From contig JBIPSI010000014.1 in assembly GCA_044070495.1 (NCBI GenBank), positions 1 to 64,000 of the forward strand: a DNA stretch of 64,000 bases, given 5' to 3'. Of the stretch, positions 48,423 to 57,559 are shown piece after piece. Under the pieces are notes generated by a model. The model was given only the letters and a program-made list of their open reading frames with translations. It made no database searches and was not told the DNA's origin. Numbering within the stretch: position 1 is the first letter of the stretch; each line of letters starts with the position of its first letter. The position numbers were made by a program, and so were the translations under genes. This stretch comes from Spirulina sp. Its GTDB lineage: Bacteria; Cyanobacteriota; Cyanobacteriia; Phormidesmidales; Phormidesmidaceae.

Positions 48423-50540
48423 GTGGCCATGACCCCCAACAAACGTTCGGTATCAGATTTAGGACAACAGGCCCTTGAGATCGGGGCAACGCCCTTGGAC
48501 AGTGGGGCTAAGGAAGCCTTGCAAGAGGAGGCCATGCTGCGGCTCTTTTTTGACCTTCCCTTCCTGGGCATGGTGATTTACGACCCCCACCAGCAAACCT
48601 GGGTGCGGTTTAACGAGCGCTTTTGCACCATGCTGGGCTATACCACCACCGAAATGCTGGGTTTGTCTTGGCGGCAGGTGACCCATCCCCACGATGTGCA
48701 AACGGGGGTGACAAAAATTCAGCAGGTGCTGGCGGGGGAAACCGAGGGCTATACCCGCGAGAAACGGTTTTTGCACAAGGATGGGTTCTTCGTCTATGCC
48801 CTGGTGGATGTGAAGGGCATTCGAGATTCGGAGAACCGAGTGCAGTATTTGATGGTTACGGTGCAAGACATCACGCCCTATCGGCAGGTGATCAAGGACT
48901 TGCGCCACAGTGAAGAACGCTTTCGGGCCACCTTTGAGCAGGCGGCGGTGGGCATTGCCCATGTGGCCCCCGATGGAACGTGGCTGTGGGTGAACCAAAC
49001 CCTGTGCGACCTGGTGGGCTATAGCCGCGAGGAGTTGCAACGGCTCACCTTCCAAGACATTACCCACCCTGAGGATCTAGACACCGACTTAGCCTACGTG
49101 CAGGAGATGCTGAACCGACAGCGCACCTCCTACACCATGGAAAAGCGCTACATTCGCAAGGATGGCCGCATTGTTTGGATTAACCTGACGGTGTCCCTAG
49201 TGTGGAACAACCAGAACCAGCCCGACTATTTTATTTCGGTGATTCAGGATATTTCCCAGGCCAAGCAAAATCAGGAAACTCTGCGCCACTATACCCAGCG
49301 CCTCCAGGGGCTACACACCATGGATCGGGCGATTTTGTCGAAGTTTCGGCCTCCCGCCATGGCCCAGGCGGCCCTCACCCTGCTGCATCAACTGCTGGGC
49401 TGCGAGCGGAGCCTAGTGGCGCTGTTCCACCCCCAATCCGCCCAGGCCGAAGTGGTGGCCGACACCGCCGATGCTGATCATCGCCCCGCCGAAACCCGCT
49501 GGCCCCTGGAGGATTTTGTCTACGGCCAGGGTTTCGATCAGCCCTGCTGGCGCATCGATGACCTCACCACCCTCGAGTCACCCGTTCCCCTGCTACAAGG
49601 GCTACATGGCTGCCATCAGCGGTCGGTATTAACGGTGCCGCTGCGGGTGGATAACCGGGTGATTGGCGAAATTACGCTGTCAGACCCCCAGGTGGCCTAC
49701 TTCCAGGCCGACCACGAAGCCATGGCCCAGGAAACCGCCAACCACCTGGCCATTGCCCTGCAAAACGCCTGTCTATTCGAGCAGGTGCAGGCCGACCGTC
49801 AGCGGTTGCAAGAGTTATCCACTCAGCTTTTGGATGCCCAGGAGTCGGAACGCCGCTGGCTGGCCCAAGAACTCCACGACGAAGTGGGTCAAGCCCTCAC
49901 CGCCGTTAAGCTCAACCTCCAGCGGTTGCAACGGTTAATGGCTTCTGATTCTGACTCGGCCCAGGCCATCCTAGAGGACGGGCTACACCTGGCCGATGGA
50001 GCCTTGCAGCAGGTGCGAAACCTCTCCCTCGATCTGCGCCCTTCCCTGCTGGACGATCTGGGCTTGGTGCCTGCCCTACGCTGGTATGTGAGCCGCCACG
50101 CCGACCGCACGGGGTTGGCCGAAACCCTGATCTGCGATCTCCAGATGCCGCCGCTACCCGCCGCCACCGAAACCGCCTGTTTCCGAATTGTCCAGGAAGC
50201 CCTGACCAACATTGCCCGCCACGCCCAGGCCCGCCAAGCGACCGTGCGGTTAGCGAGATCGGATCAATATCTGCGTCTTACCATTCAAGATGACGGGGTA
50301 GGTTTTGATTCACAGGCGGCGAACCACCGCCAAGGCGGCACCAGCCTCGGTCTGTTGGGCATGGCAGAACGGGCACAACACATTGGGGGACAATTAAGCA
50401 TCACCGCACGCCCCGGACAGGGCACCACGGTAGAACTCCAGGCTCCCCTAGTGGAGGGAGACCGCCTTTCCCCAGAAACCTGTTGCGCGATTTTCTCTCA
50501 GGACAGCCATGGCCCCCATTACCCTGATCATTGCCGATAA
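48423..50540 (+). CDS. PAS-PAS-GAF sensor histidine kinase (HisKA_3)
   Basis: Two PAS/PAC domains (THPHD, THPED, EKR...KDG), GAF, ERRWLAQELHDEVGQ, EALTNIARHA, DDGVGF, GLLGMAER. Confidence 0.93.
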   Translation: MAMTPNKRSVSDLGQQALEIGATPLDSGAKEALQEEAMLRLFFDLPFLGMVIYDPHQQTWVRFNERFCTMLGYTTTEMLGLSWRQVTHPHDVQTGVTKIQQVLAGETEGYTREKRFLHKDGFFVYALVDVKGIRDSENRVQYLMVTVQDITPYRQVIKDLRHSEERFRATFEQAAVGIAHVAPDGTWLWVNQTLCDLVGYSREELQRLTFQDITHPEDLDTDLAYVQEMLNRQRTSYTMEKRYIRKDGRIVWINLTVSLVWNNQNQPDYFISVIQDISQAKQNQETLRHYTQRLQGLHTMDRAILSKFRPPAMAQAALTLLHQLLGCERSLVALFHPQSAQAEVVADTADADHRPAETRWPLEDFVYGQGFDQPCWRIDDLTTLESPVPLLQGLHGCHQRSVLTVPLRVDNRVIGEITLSDPQVAYFQADHEAMAQETANHLAIALQNACLFEQVQADRQRLQELSTQLLDAQESERRWLAQELHDEVGQALTAVKLNLQRLQRLMASDSDSAQAILEDGLHLADGALQQVRNLSLDLRPSLLDDLGLVPALRWYVSRHADRTGLAETLICDLQMPPLPAATETACFRIVQEALTNIARHAQARQATVRLARSDQYLRLTIQDDGVGFDSQAANHRQGGTSLGLLGMAERAQHIGGQLSITARPGQGTTVELQAPLVEGDRLSPETCCAIFSQDSHGPHYPDHCR

Positions 50541-51159
50541 TCACACCCTGGTTCGGGCCGGATTTCGGGCCTTGGCGGAGGAATTGCCCGGAGTGGAGGT
50601 GGTAGGCGAGGCCAACAATGGCCGCGAAGCCCTCGCCCTGGTGGAATCCCTCAAGCCGCAACTGGTGCTGATGGATATTGCCATGCCCGAAATGAATGGC
50701 CTAGAGGCCACCGCCCGCATCAGCCACGATTTTCCCCAGGTGCGGGTGCTGATTATTTCCATGCACGCCAACGAAGAATACGTCTACCAAGCCCTGCGTT
50801 CGGGGGCGGCGGGCTACCTGCTTAAAGACAGCGGCCTAGAGGAACTTGATCTGGCCGTTCGCGCCCTTGCCAAGGGCGAAACCTACCTCAGCCCCGCTGT
50901 TTCCAAATACGTGGTGAACGACTACGTGCGTCGCCTAGAGTCTGAAGACACCCCCCTCGACCACATCACCCCCCGTCAACGGGAAATTTTGCAGCTCATT
51001 GTGGAGGGCAAAAGCACCAAGGACATTGCCGATATCCTCTACATCAGCGCCAAAACCGTGGAAACCCACCGCGCCCAACTGATGGATCGCCTCGACATCC
51101 ACGACATCGCCGGACTGGTGCGCTACGCCATCCGCACCGGGCTAGTGGTGCTGGAGTAG
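50509..51159 (+). CDS. NarL/FixJ-family response regulator
   Basis: REC (LMDIAMP, GYLLK) plus LuxR HTH (TPRQREIL...ISAKTVETHR). Confidence 0.95.
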   Translation: MAPITLIIADNHTLVRAGFRALAEELPGVEVVGEANNGREALALVESLKPQLVLMDIAMPEMNGLEATARISHDFPQVRVLIISMHANEEYVYQALRSGAAGYLLKDSGLEELDLAVRALAKGETYLSPAVSKYVVNDYVRRLESEDTPLDHITPRQREILQLIVEGKSTKDIADILYISAKTVETHRAQLMDRLDIHDIAGLVRYAIRTGLVVLE

Positions 51160-51179
51160 GTTTCCCAGATTCACACAAT

Positions 51180-51245
51180 TCAGGGATTTAACCCTCAAAA
51201 CTCAGGATCTTGCTGATGCTCTCCTATCCCCTGTGGCGTTAGGTT
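51180..51245 (+). promoter_or_regulatory. Shared promoter motif copy B
   Basis: TCAGG-gatttaaccctc-AAAACTCAG-gatctt-GCTGAT-N22-TAGGTT. Confidence 0.75.
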
Positions 51246-51323
51246 GAGGATAGCCCTGGTAGGGACTCGCCATCATCCCAGATTGCCCCCTACCTCTGGA
51301 CTCGCAGGCTAGGAGGACACCCT

Positions 51324-51797
51324 ATGACCACTCCCAAAGATCCCCCCTCATCGGTGGACTATGTGCTGGCCCGGATGGCCCCAGAGGTGGCCGAAAGCTT
51401 TAGCCAGACCCAGTACGAGGCCCTGCGGGAAGCCTTGGTGCCCCGTCGCCATGGGGTGAATCTTCGGCTGTCGGTGCCCTGCCTGCAATCGCGCCTGTAC
51501 CTGGTGGTGCTGGCCGGAACCGATGTTCGATCCGCCCACCGCCGAAGCCTGGACACCGCCCACCATCCCCTCTGGACGCCGATGAATATGGTGGCCATGG
51601 CGGGGATTATGGGGGTGGGTATGTTGGCCCTGCTGGCGCTGCTGCAACTGGGGCAGGCTAATGTTGCAGGTCGCCTAGATCCCAAAACCGCTCCGGCGGC
51701 CATTCCTTTTAAAGAAGATCAGCGCAGTTGCGAAGCCAGTGGGCGCGTCTGGCAGGACGACACTTGCCTCGACTATGCCCACGACCCCACCTTTTAG
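51324..51797 (+). CDS. Hypothetical single-TM protein with C-terminal Cys pair
   Basis: AGGAGG RBS; RHGVNLRLSVP...YLVVLAG; TM; CEASGRVWQDDTC. Confidence 0.8.
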   Translation: MTTPKDPPSSVDYVLARMAPEVAESFSQTQYEALREALVPRRHGVNLRLSVPCLQSRLYLVVLAGTDVRSAHRRSLDTAHHPLWTPMNMVAMAGIMGVGMLALLALLQLGQANVAGRLDPKTAPAAIPFKEDQRSCEASGRVWQDDTCLDYAHDPTF

Positions 51798-51841
51798 GAT
51801 CGTACGGGAAATACGGTCATCGTCTGACCTAACCGCAGATC

Positions 51842-51907
51842 TCAGGGTGACTTCTCCGTAAAATCCACCAAAGCCTGATACCCAGTTCCCAGGGATAGAC
51901 CTATGGT
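51842..51907 (+). promoter_or_regulatory. Shared promoter motif copy C (cyanobacteriochrome kinase)
   Basis: TCAGG-gtgacttctccg-TAAAATCCA-ccaaag-CCTGAT-N22-TATGGT. Confidence 0.65.
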
Positions 51908-52028
51908 GAAGGTGGAAGGAACGCCTAAATCAATTCTCCTCCCATTCACCGACCGACCATCCAATCCCAGGGAAAGGCTCACCGTCCTCGTCCTGGAACC
52001 AGGGGCACCTAGATGTTGCGAGGCCGCT

Positions 52029-53804
52029 ATGAGTACTATCACCGATGAGACTCACCCTACCCCGACGCTTCAGCCCATGGAGGCATCTCCTCCGGCCCGG
52101 CCCCCCCTATCCCACCATCAATCCTTGCTGTGGACGCTGCGATTGGTGCGACGCATTCGACGATCCCTCGATTTAGATGTGGTGCTCCAAACCACGGTTT
52201 CTGAGGTGCGGCGCTGGCTGCGGGTGGATCGGGTGTTAGTGCTGGAATTTCAATCCGACTGGGGCGGCGTGGTGCTGGTGGAAGATCATCTACCCGATTG
52301 TCAAACCTTGCAGGGGCGGCGCATTTACGATGACTGCTTCGCCGAGAAATGGGTGAAGGTCTATGCCCAGGGTCGCATCCAAGCCGTAGACGACATTGAA
52401 ACAGCGGGGTTTTCGCCCTGTCATCAAGACCTGCTGCGGCAGTTGCAGGTGCGGGCCAACCTGGTGGTTCCCCTGCGGGTGCGGGGGCAATTGTGGGGGC
52501 TGCTGGTGGCCCAACACTGTACGGCCCCTCGGCCTTGGCTCAGCGAAGAACTGCAAGTGGTCAAGCAGTTGGCCGACCAAGTGGGCCTTGCCATCGAACA
52601 GTCGGAACTCTACCACCAGACCCAAATTGCCCTACTTCAGCAAACCCAGGCCGCCACCCAATGGAAGGAACAGTCGGCACGGGCGCGGGAAAAGCACCTT
52701 GCCAGCCTAGGCACCCTGGCCGGGGGGCTGGCCCACGATTTAGGCGAAATTTTAACGCCCATTTTTCTGGCGGCGGAAATGCTGAAGCAGCCCACCCTCA
52801 ACGAACAACAGCAGCAGCTTTGGCTCAACCGGATTAAATCTAGCGCCCACCGGGGGGCCAGCTTAATTGACCAAGTGCTGGCCTTTGCCCAGGGGTTAGA
52901 GGGCCAACGCCACTCCCTTCAGTTGGCCTACCTACTGGGGGAACTGGTGCAAACCCTAGCCGAAACCGAACCCGAATCCCTGCTGATTACCTCCCGGCTG
53001 CAAGGCACCCGCCTCTGGCCCGTGGAGGCCGATGCCACCCACCTCAACCAGGTTTTTACCAACCTGTGCCGTAATGCCTGCGAAGCCATGCCCCAGGGCG
53101 GACAACTGCACCTCAGTGCCCATAATGTCTGGTGGCGGGGCGATCCGACCTATCCCCAGCGATCCCCTGGCCCCTACGTGGTGGTCACCCTTAGCGATAC
53201 CGGGGAAGGCATGGCCCCAGAGGTCTATGACCGCTGCCTAGACCCCTTCTTTACCACCCGCGCCCTAGAGGGGCATTCGGGGCTGGGGCTATCCACCGCC
53301 CTAGGATTGGTGCAACTCTACGGTGGCTGGCTGAATCTGCAAAGCCAGTCCCAGATTGGCACCACCGTTGAGGTCTACCTACCGGCCCAGGTTCCCGATC
53401 TCGATATTCCCCTGCTGCAACGCCGTTTGGCCAACCTACCTACCCAGCCTAGGACTATCCTGCTGCTGCTGGCCGAGGCCGAGGATCGGGAACTGCTGCG
53501 GGCTATGATCGCCAGCGGATCCCATACGGTGCTGACCACCGAGGATGGAGCCGAAGCCCTAACCTGTGTGATTGAGCACCAAGCAACCTTGGGGGCCGTG
53601 GTGTTAGATCTCGCCCTGCCCACCTTCAACGGCGGGGCCATGGCCCGTCGCCTCGAACAAATGATCCCCCAAGTTCCCATCCTGACCCTAGACAGCCGCA
53701 GCCAGATCTCTCCAGTGCCCGATCCAGCGCGCGCCTCAACCATGGCAATGCAGCCTCTTTTCTTGGCTCCGCTGCTGGCCCAATTGGCGCAGGTTCTGTC
53801 CTAA
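52029..53804 (+). CDS. DXCF-type cyanobacteriochrome GAF histidine kinase with degenerate receiver domain
   Basis: GAF with DDCF and SPCH cysteines, LQVRANLVVP, LWGLLVA; AHDL H-box, NLCRNA, DTGEGM, PFFTT, GLGLS; start set at ATG 52029. Confidence 0.88.
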   Translation: MSTITDETHPTPTLQPMEASPPARPPLSHHQSLLWTLRLVRRIRRSLDLDVVLQTTVSEVRRWLRVDRVLVLEFQSDWGGVVLVEDHLPDCQTLQGRRIYDDCFAEKWVKVYAQGRIQAVDDIETAGFSPCHQDLLRQLQVRANLVVPLRVRGQLWGLLVAQHCTAPRPWLSEELQVVKQLADQVGLAIEQSELYHQTQIALLQQTQAATQWKEQSARAREKHLASLGTLAGGLAHDLGEILTPIFLAAEMLKQPTLNEQQQQLWLNRIKSSAHRGASLIDQVLAFAQGLEGQRHSLQLAYLLGELVQTLAETEPESLLITSRLQGTRLWPVEADATHLNQVFTNLCRNACEAMPQGGQLHLSAHNVWWRGDPTYPQRSPGPYVVVTLSDTGEGMAPEVYDRCLDPFFTTRALEGHSGLGLSTALGLVQLYGGWLNLQSQSQIGTTVEVYLPAQVPDLDIPLLQRRLANLPTQPRTILLLLAEAEDRELLRAMIASGSHTVLTTEDGAEALTCVIEHQATLGAVVLDLALPTFNGGAMARRLEQMIPQVPILTLDSRSQISPVPDPARASTMAMQPLFLAPLLAQLAQVLS

Positions 53805-53867
53805 TCTCAAATTCGGTTTGCGTACCCCGGCATCGATAGGCCAGGAAACCTCGCCCTACCAAAGCGG

Positions 53868-53992
53868 ATACCAAATCCCGGTGGCTTATCCCCGCTTCAA
53901 ACGATAATCCCGCTCAGGCTGAGCGGTAAGCCTGTCGAACAAACCGTCGAAGCCTCACTTCGTTTAGGGGGTTTTCTAGTCGGATTTGGTAT
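53868..53992. mobile_element. MITE-like element with 11-bp TIR
   Basis: ATACCAAATCC ... GGATTTGGTAT. Confidence 0.7.
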
Positions 53993-54029
53993 GAGATCTA
54001 TCCAAGCCCAATCGGCCCAACCCCACCGA

Positions 54030-54162
54030 AGAGGGCGTTTGAAAAGGGTTGCCTCAGGTGCGATTGGTCGCTAGATCGGTGTAAAACCACGGATTTTTTG
54101 ACGGTTGAGGCTGACCTTATCGGTATAACTTGGGACAAGCTTCGGCTTTTCAAGCGTCCTCT
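54030..54162. mobile_element. MITE-like element with 17-bp imperfect TIR
   Basis: AGAGGGCGTTTGAAAAG versus right end (reverse complement) AGAGGACGCTTGAAAAG, 15/17 match. Confidence 0.7.
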
Positions 54163-54171
54163 AAGGCTTGT

Positions 54172-54549
54172 TTAGCCCTCAAGGGAATCGGAGGATCCTA
54201 GGCTCACCTGATTGACAAAAAAGCGGTTGAGGGTGGTGGAGACCATGGAGAGCAGAATTGGCCCCAAAATGAAGGCCCAAAATCCGTTCACCGAAAACCC
54301 TGGCGTAATCAGGGATGCCAGCCACAGAGACAGGCCATTCACCACCAGGGCAAACAGTCCCAGGGTGAGCACCGTAATCGGCAGAGAGAGAATAAACAGC
54401 ACGGGTCGAATGATCGCATTTACCACGCCAATCACAATTCCGGCCAGGATGGCGGTGGGAAAACCGCTGATCACCAATCCCGGCAGGATGAAATCGACCA
54501 CCAGCAGGGACAGGGCGGTGGCTAGGACACTGAGGGCATAGAGCAACAT
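54172..54549 (-). CDS. YvlD/phage-holin-superfamily IV membrane protein
   Basis: 4 TM; G.VNAIIRPVL..LSLPITVLTLGLF.LVVNG. Confidence 0.88.
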   Translation of the reverse strand: MLLYALSVLATALSLLVVDFILPGLVISGFPTAILAGIVIGVVNAIIRPVLFILSLPITVLTLGLFALVVNGLSLWLASLITPGFSVNGFWAFILGPILLSMVSTTLNRFFVNQVSLGSSDSLEG

Positions 54550-54710
54550 CGAAGGGGCCTCCAAACGAGGGTGAGGGCATCGAAAACTCGATCATAGCGT
54601 TTGGTCATTCTTTACCCCTACGGCCTTGGGATGATATGGGGGATAGATCTTTTTAGAATACTCCATGAAAATAACTATCCATTTGCCGTATCCATTTGCC
54701 GTAACCATTT

Positions 54711-54798
54711 GCCCTCACCCCTGCCCCTCTCCCCCAGGAGAGGGGTTCTGAATCCGGCTCCCCTTCTCCCTAGGGAGAAGGGGTTGGGGGATGAGGGC
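54711..54798. repeat. Dispersed palindromic repeat (CCCTCACCCC…GGGGATGAGGG), preceded by 13-bp tandem TCCATTTGCCGTA
   Basis: Terminal inverted repeats and two internal hairpins. Confidence 0.8.
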
Positions 54799-55235
54799 CA
54801 GCTTGGATGGTTCACTAATTGGACTACTCTTAGCCTTTAATGGATCTGGTAATGGATCTGGATTTTGGCCAGTTTTGTCCATCAACCCGATCCTAGGCTT
54901 GTCGGTGGCCCAGTCTGATCGATCAAGCGCGGTCAGCCGTTGGGATGATACGGCTCTGGCCCATTGACTCCCTCAAAATGGAGCAAAATAACGCAACGAT
55001 GAATTACGGAATCGTTTATAGCTAGGATTTTTAGGGGAAGATGCGTTAACCCTTTGGATACCAACCGTCCATGCTGCTAGCGCGACACGCCCAAAGATAA
55101 CCATCTATCCCTTTGAGGGCTAATCCGCGCCCGATACACCGTAGGGGCGAGGTCTCCTCGTCTATCAAGATCAAGGGCAAACAAGCCGGATTACCTGTGA
55201 CCGTTGTTGTCCGTTGTTGACCCAGTTCCAACATT

Positions 55236-56288
55236 TTGGTGAGAGATTCTAGCCTTGATTCGGCCCTAAACCCAGTTCCCCCGTCCCGGCGACCTCGATC
55301 TTCCCAGACCAAATCCGTGGCGGTGGATCCCCGTCCGCCCCTGGTGGTCGGTGGGGAAACCATCCCCCCAGGGCGGCGGGTACGGCTCGATCTTCCCGTG
55401 GCGCGGTTAACCACGGGCACCATGATGTCGCTGCCGGTGACGGTCATCAATGGCAAACACCCTGGCCCCCGGCTGTGGCTTAGTGCCGCCATCCACGGCG
55501 ATGAACTCAACGGCGTAGATACGATTCGGCGCATTGCCCAATCTCTGCGGCCCACCCGGCTGCGGGGGGCGGTGATTGCAGTGCCCGTGGTCAATGTCTT
55601 TGGTCTGCTGGAGCAATCGCGCTACCTGCCCGACCGCCGCGACTTGAACCGTTCCTTTCCCGGTTCCCAGCGGGGTTCCCTGGCCAGTCGGCTGGCCTTT
55701 TTGTTTATGAGTGAGGTGGTCAGCCAATGCACCCACGGCATCGACCTCCATACGGCGGCCATCCATCGCGTCAACCTACCCCAGGTGCGGGCCGACCTCA
55801 CCGATCCCGATACCTACACCTTTGCCCAGTCCTTTGGCGCACCGATCATCCTCCATTCCGCCCATCGCGATGGATCCCTACGGCAAGCCGCCGCCAAGCG
55901 CCGCATTCCCACCCTAATCTACGAAGGCGGGGAAGCCCTGCGGTTTGATGAGGCGGCGATTCAGACTGGGGTGGAGGGCATTTACCGAGTGATGGCCTAC
56001 CTCGGCATGTATGCCGCCCCCGATTCCCTGGCATCCACCACCAGCCTAGAATCCCGCGATACCCGTTGGGTGAGGGCCTCACGGGGGGGCATTTGGCACT
56101 GCACCATCCGCCTAGGGGATCGGGTGAAGCAACGACAGCCCCTAGGGTTCATTAGCGACACCTTTGGCGATAAGACCGTACAGGTACGCAGCCCCATGGC
56201 GGGAATTGTGATTGGCCATGGCCAAAATCCCCTCGTCAACCAAGGCGATGCCCTCGTCCATGTGGCTGGGTTAGATCAGGTTAACTGA
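55236..56288 (+). CDS. Succinylglutamate desuccinylase/aspartoacylase family (M14) protein (start uncertain)
   Basis: AAIHGDELNG, DLNRSFPG, IDLHT, YEGG, C-terminal lipoyl-like domain. Confidence 0.9.
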   Translation: MVRDSSLDSALNPVPPSRRPRSSQTKSVAVDPRPPLVVGGETIPPGRRVRLDLPVARLTTGTMMSLPVTVINGKHPGPRLWLSAAIHGDELNGVDTIRRIAQSLRPTRLRGAVIAVPVVNVFGLLEQSRYLPDRRDLNRSFPGSQRGSLASRLAFLFMSEVVSQCTHGIDLHTAAIHRVNLPQVRADLTDPDTYTFAQSFGAPIILHSAHRDGSLRQAAAKRRIPTLIYEGGEALRFDEAAIQTGVEGIYRVMAYLGMYAAPDSLASTTSLESRDTRWVRASRGGIWHCTIRLGDRVKQRQPLGFISDTFGDKTVQVRSPMAGIVIGHGQNPLVNQGDALVHVAGLDQVN

Positions 56289-56294
56289 GAGGCT

Positions 56295-56321
56295 TAGATT
56301 GACTAGATTGACTAGATTGAC
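56295..56321. repeat. 9-bp tandem repeat x3 (TAGATTGAC)
   Basis: Exact triplication between convergent stop codons. Confidence 0.8.
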
Positions 56322-57514
56322 TAGGCAATGCTGCCCCGTTTGCGGGCTTCCTTGGCGGAAATGCCGATATTTTTGAGGCCAGCCCGCATCATCTCCCGTT
56401 CCAGCAGCGCAAAGAAGCGGCGACGATCTCCCCCCCGCACCACCGCCTGGTTGTGGGCTTCGGCTAGGGCCACCGGATAGCCATAGCCCTTCTGCACCTG
56501 GGCCAGCACCATCCGCAGGGCGAGGTCACAGCCTGCGGCATCGGCCATCACCCACTCCGGCATCTCCACCCGCGCCACCTCTGCCCCCACATGGAGGTAG
56601 CAAAAATAGATGTGTTGATCGCCGTAGAGACCGAGGATGCTGGCGGAACTGCGCCAAAAGGGGCTGCGCTGCCCTGGTTCTAGGGCGGTGGCCCAAAAGG
56701 TGGCATCCCGCAGGGGCATAAATCCGCCGCAGGGGGCCTTTTCAGACTGGCCCCGGCAGTGCTGGGCGCAGTGGGGTTCTGCAAAGGGGCAGGCGGGCAA
56801 ACGCAAAAAGTTCAGCCCCTCGCTGCTACGGGAGGCACTGAGATAGCCCACCAGGGGAATACCCAGCCGCCGCAGCCGTTCCCAGGCCGCCAAAATCGGG
56901 GGCAGCAGGTGATCTCGGCCTTCGGCGGGGATAGCTTCGAGGAACCAGTAAATCAGCGATCCATCGACCATGGCCAGGGTGGGCGGGGCTTTGTCTAGGG
57001 AAGATTCCGCTGCAACCGAGGCTCCCAACTCGGCCAACACCTCCGCCTCCGCCACCGTGCGCCGATGGCCCATCCATTCCTCGGTGCTAATGCCCCAGGG
57101 GCGAGACTGGTAGAGATCCTCTGGGCGGTAGATCACCTCTGGCAGGCTATCCAGCAACGGAAAGCGGCCCTGGCCGTAGTGCAGCACCACCCGCCCCACA
57201 TTGATGAGATAACAGTAAGCAATGTCGTGGTGGCTAGGGGAAATTTGCGATCCATCGGTGGCCAGCACCGTATGGGCGGCGGTCAAGGGTTCTAGGGCTA
57301 TCCGGGTGGTCAGCGGTTCTACGGGCAGCGCTGCCGTGAAGGCGAGGTGTTCGGCGTAGTCCTGGTGTCGGGCCACCCAATCCTCCTGGTGTTCGGTGGC
57401 GATGGTCATCCACCGCTGCGCTGTGCGGATTCTGGCCTGGGCCGCCTCCGCCTCCTGGGCCAAGTGCTGGCTCATGCCCTGCATCTGTTGGGCCAACTGC
57501 GCTAAATCCAGCAT
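56321..57514 (-). CDS. NurA-domain nuclease
   Basis: ATDGSQ, MVDGSL, EVARVE, GYGYPVALAEAHNQAVV. Confidence 0.88.
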   Translation of the reverse strand: MLDLAQLAQQMQGMSQHLAQEAEAAQARIRTAQRWMTIATEHQEDWVARHQDYAEHLAFTAALPVEPLTTRIALEPLTAAHTVLATDGSQISPSHHDIAYCYLINVGRVVLHYGQGRFPLLDSLPEVIYRPEDLYQSRPWGISTEEWMGHRRTVAEAEVLAELGASVAAESSLDKAPPTLAMVDGSLIYWFLEAIPAEGRDHLLPPILAAWERLRRLGIPLVGYLSASRSSEGLNFLRLPACPFAEPHCAQHCRGQSEKAPCGGFMPLRDATFWATALEPGQRSPFWRSSASILGLYGDQHIYFCYLHVGAEVARVEMPEWVMADAAGCDLALRMVLAQVQKGYGYPVALAEAHNQAVVRGGDRRRFFALLEREMMRAGLKNIGISAKEARKRGSIA

Positions 57515-57559
57515 TGAGATCACCTCAGGGAAGACCCAAGAACACCCATCTTTCCCATC

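Noticed and set aside
51903..52028. ORF-track N-terminal extensions (also 48094-48147, 5198-5326, 14146-14259, 39534-39605)
   Set aside because: They overlap promoter motifs or upstream genes and precede the recognisable family N-terminus; later starts were used.
54172..54549. Prophage lysis gene
   Set aside because: YvlD-like family is a common chromosomal membrane protein; no endolysin or phage genes nearby.
56321..57514. HerA-NurA repair or defence operon
   Set aside because: No HerA ATPase is adjacent; stand-alone NurA is not unusual.
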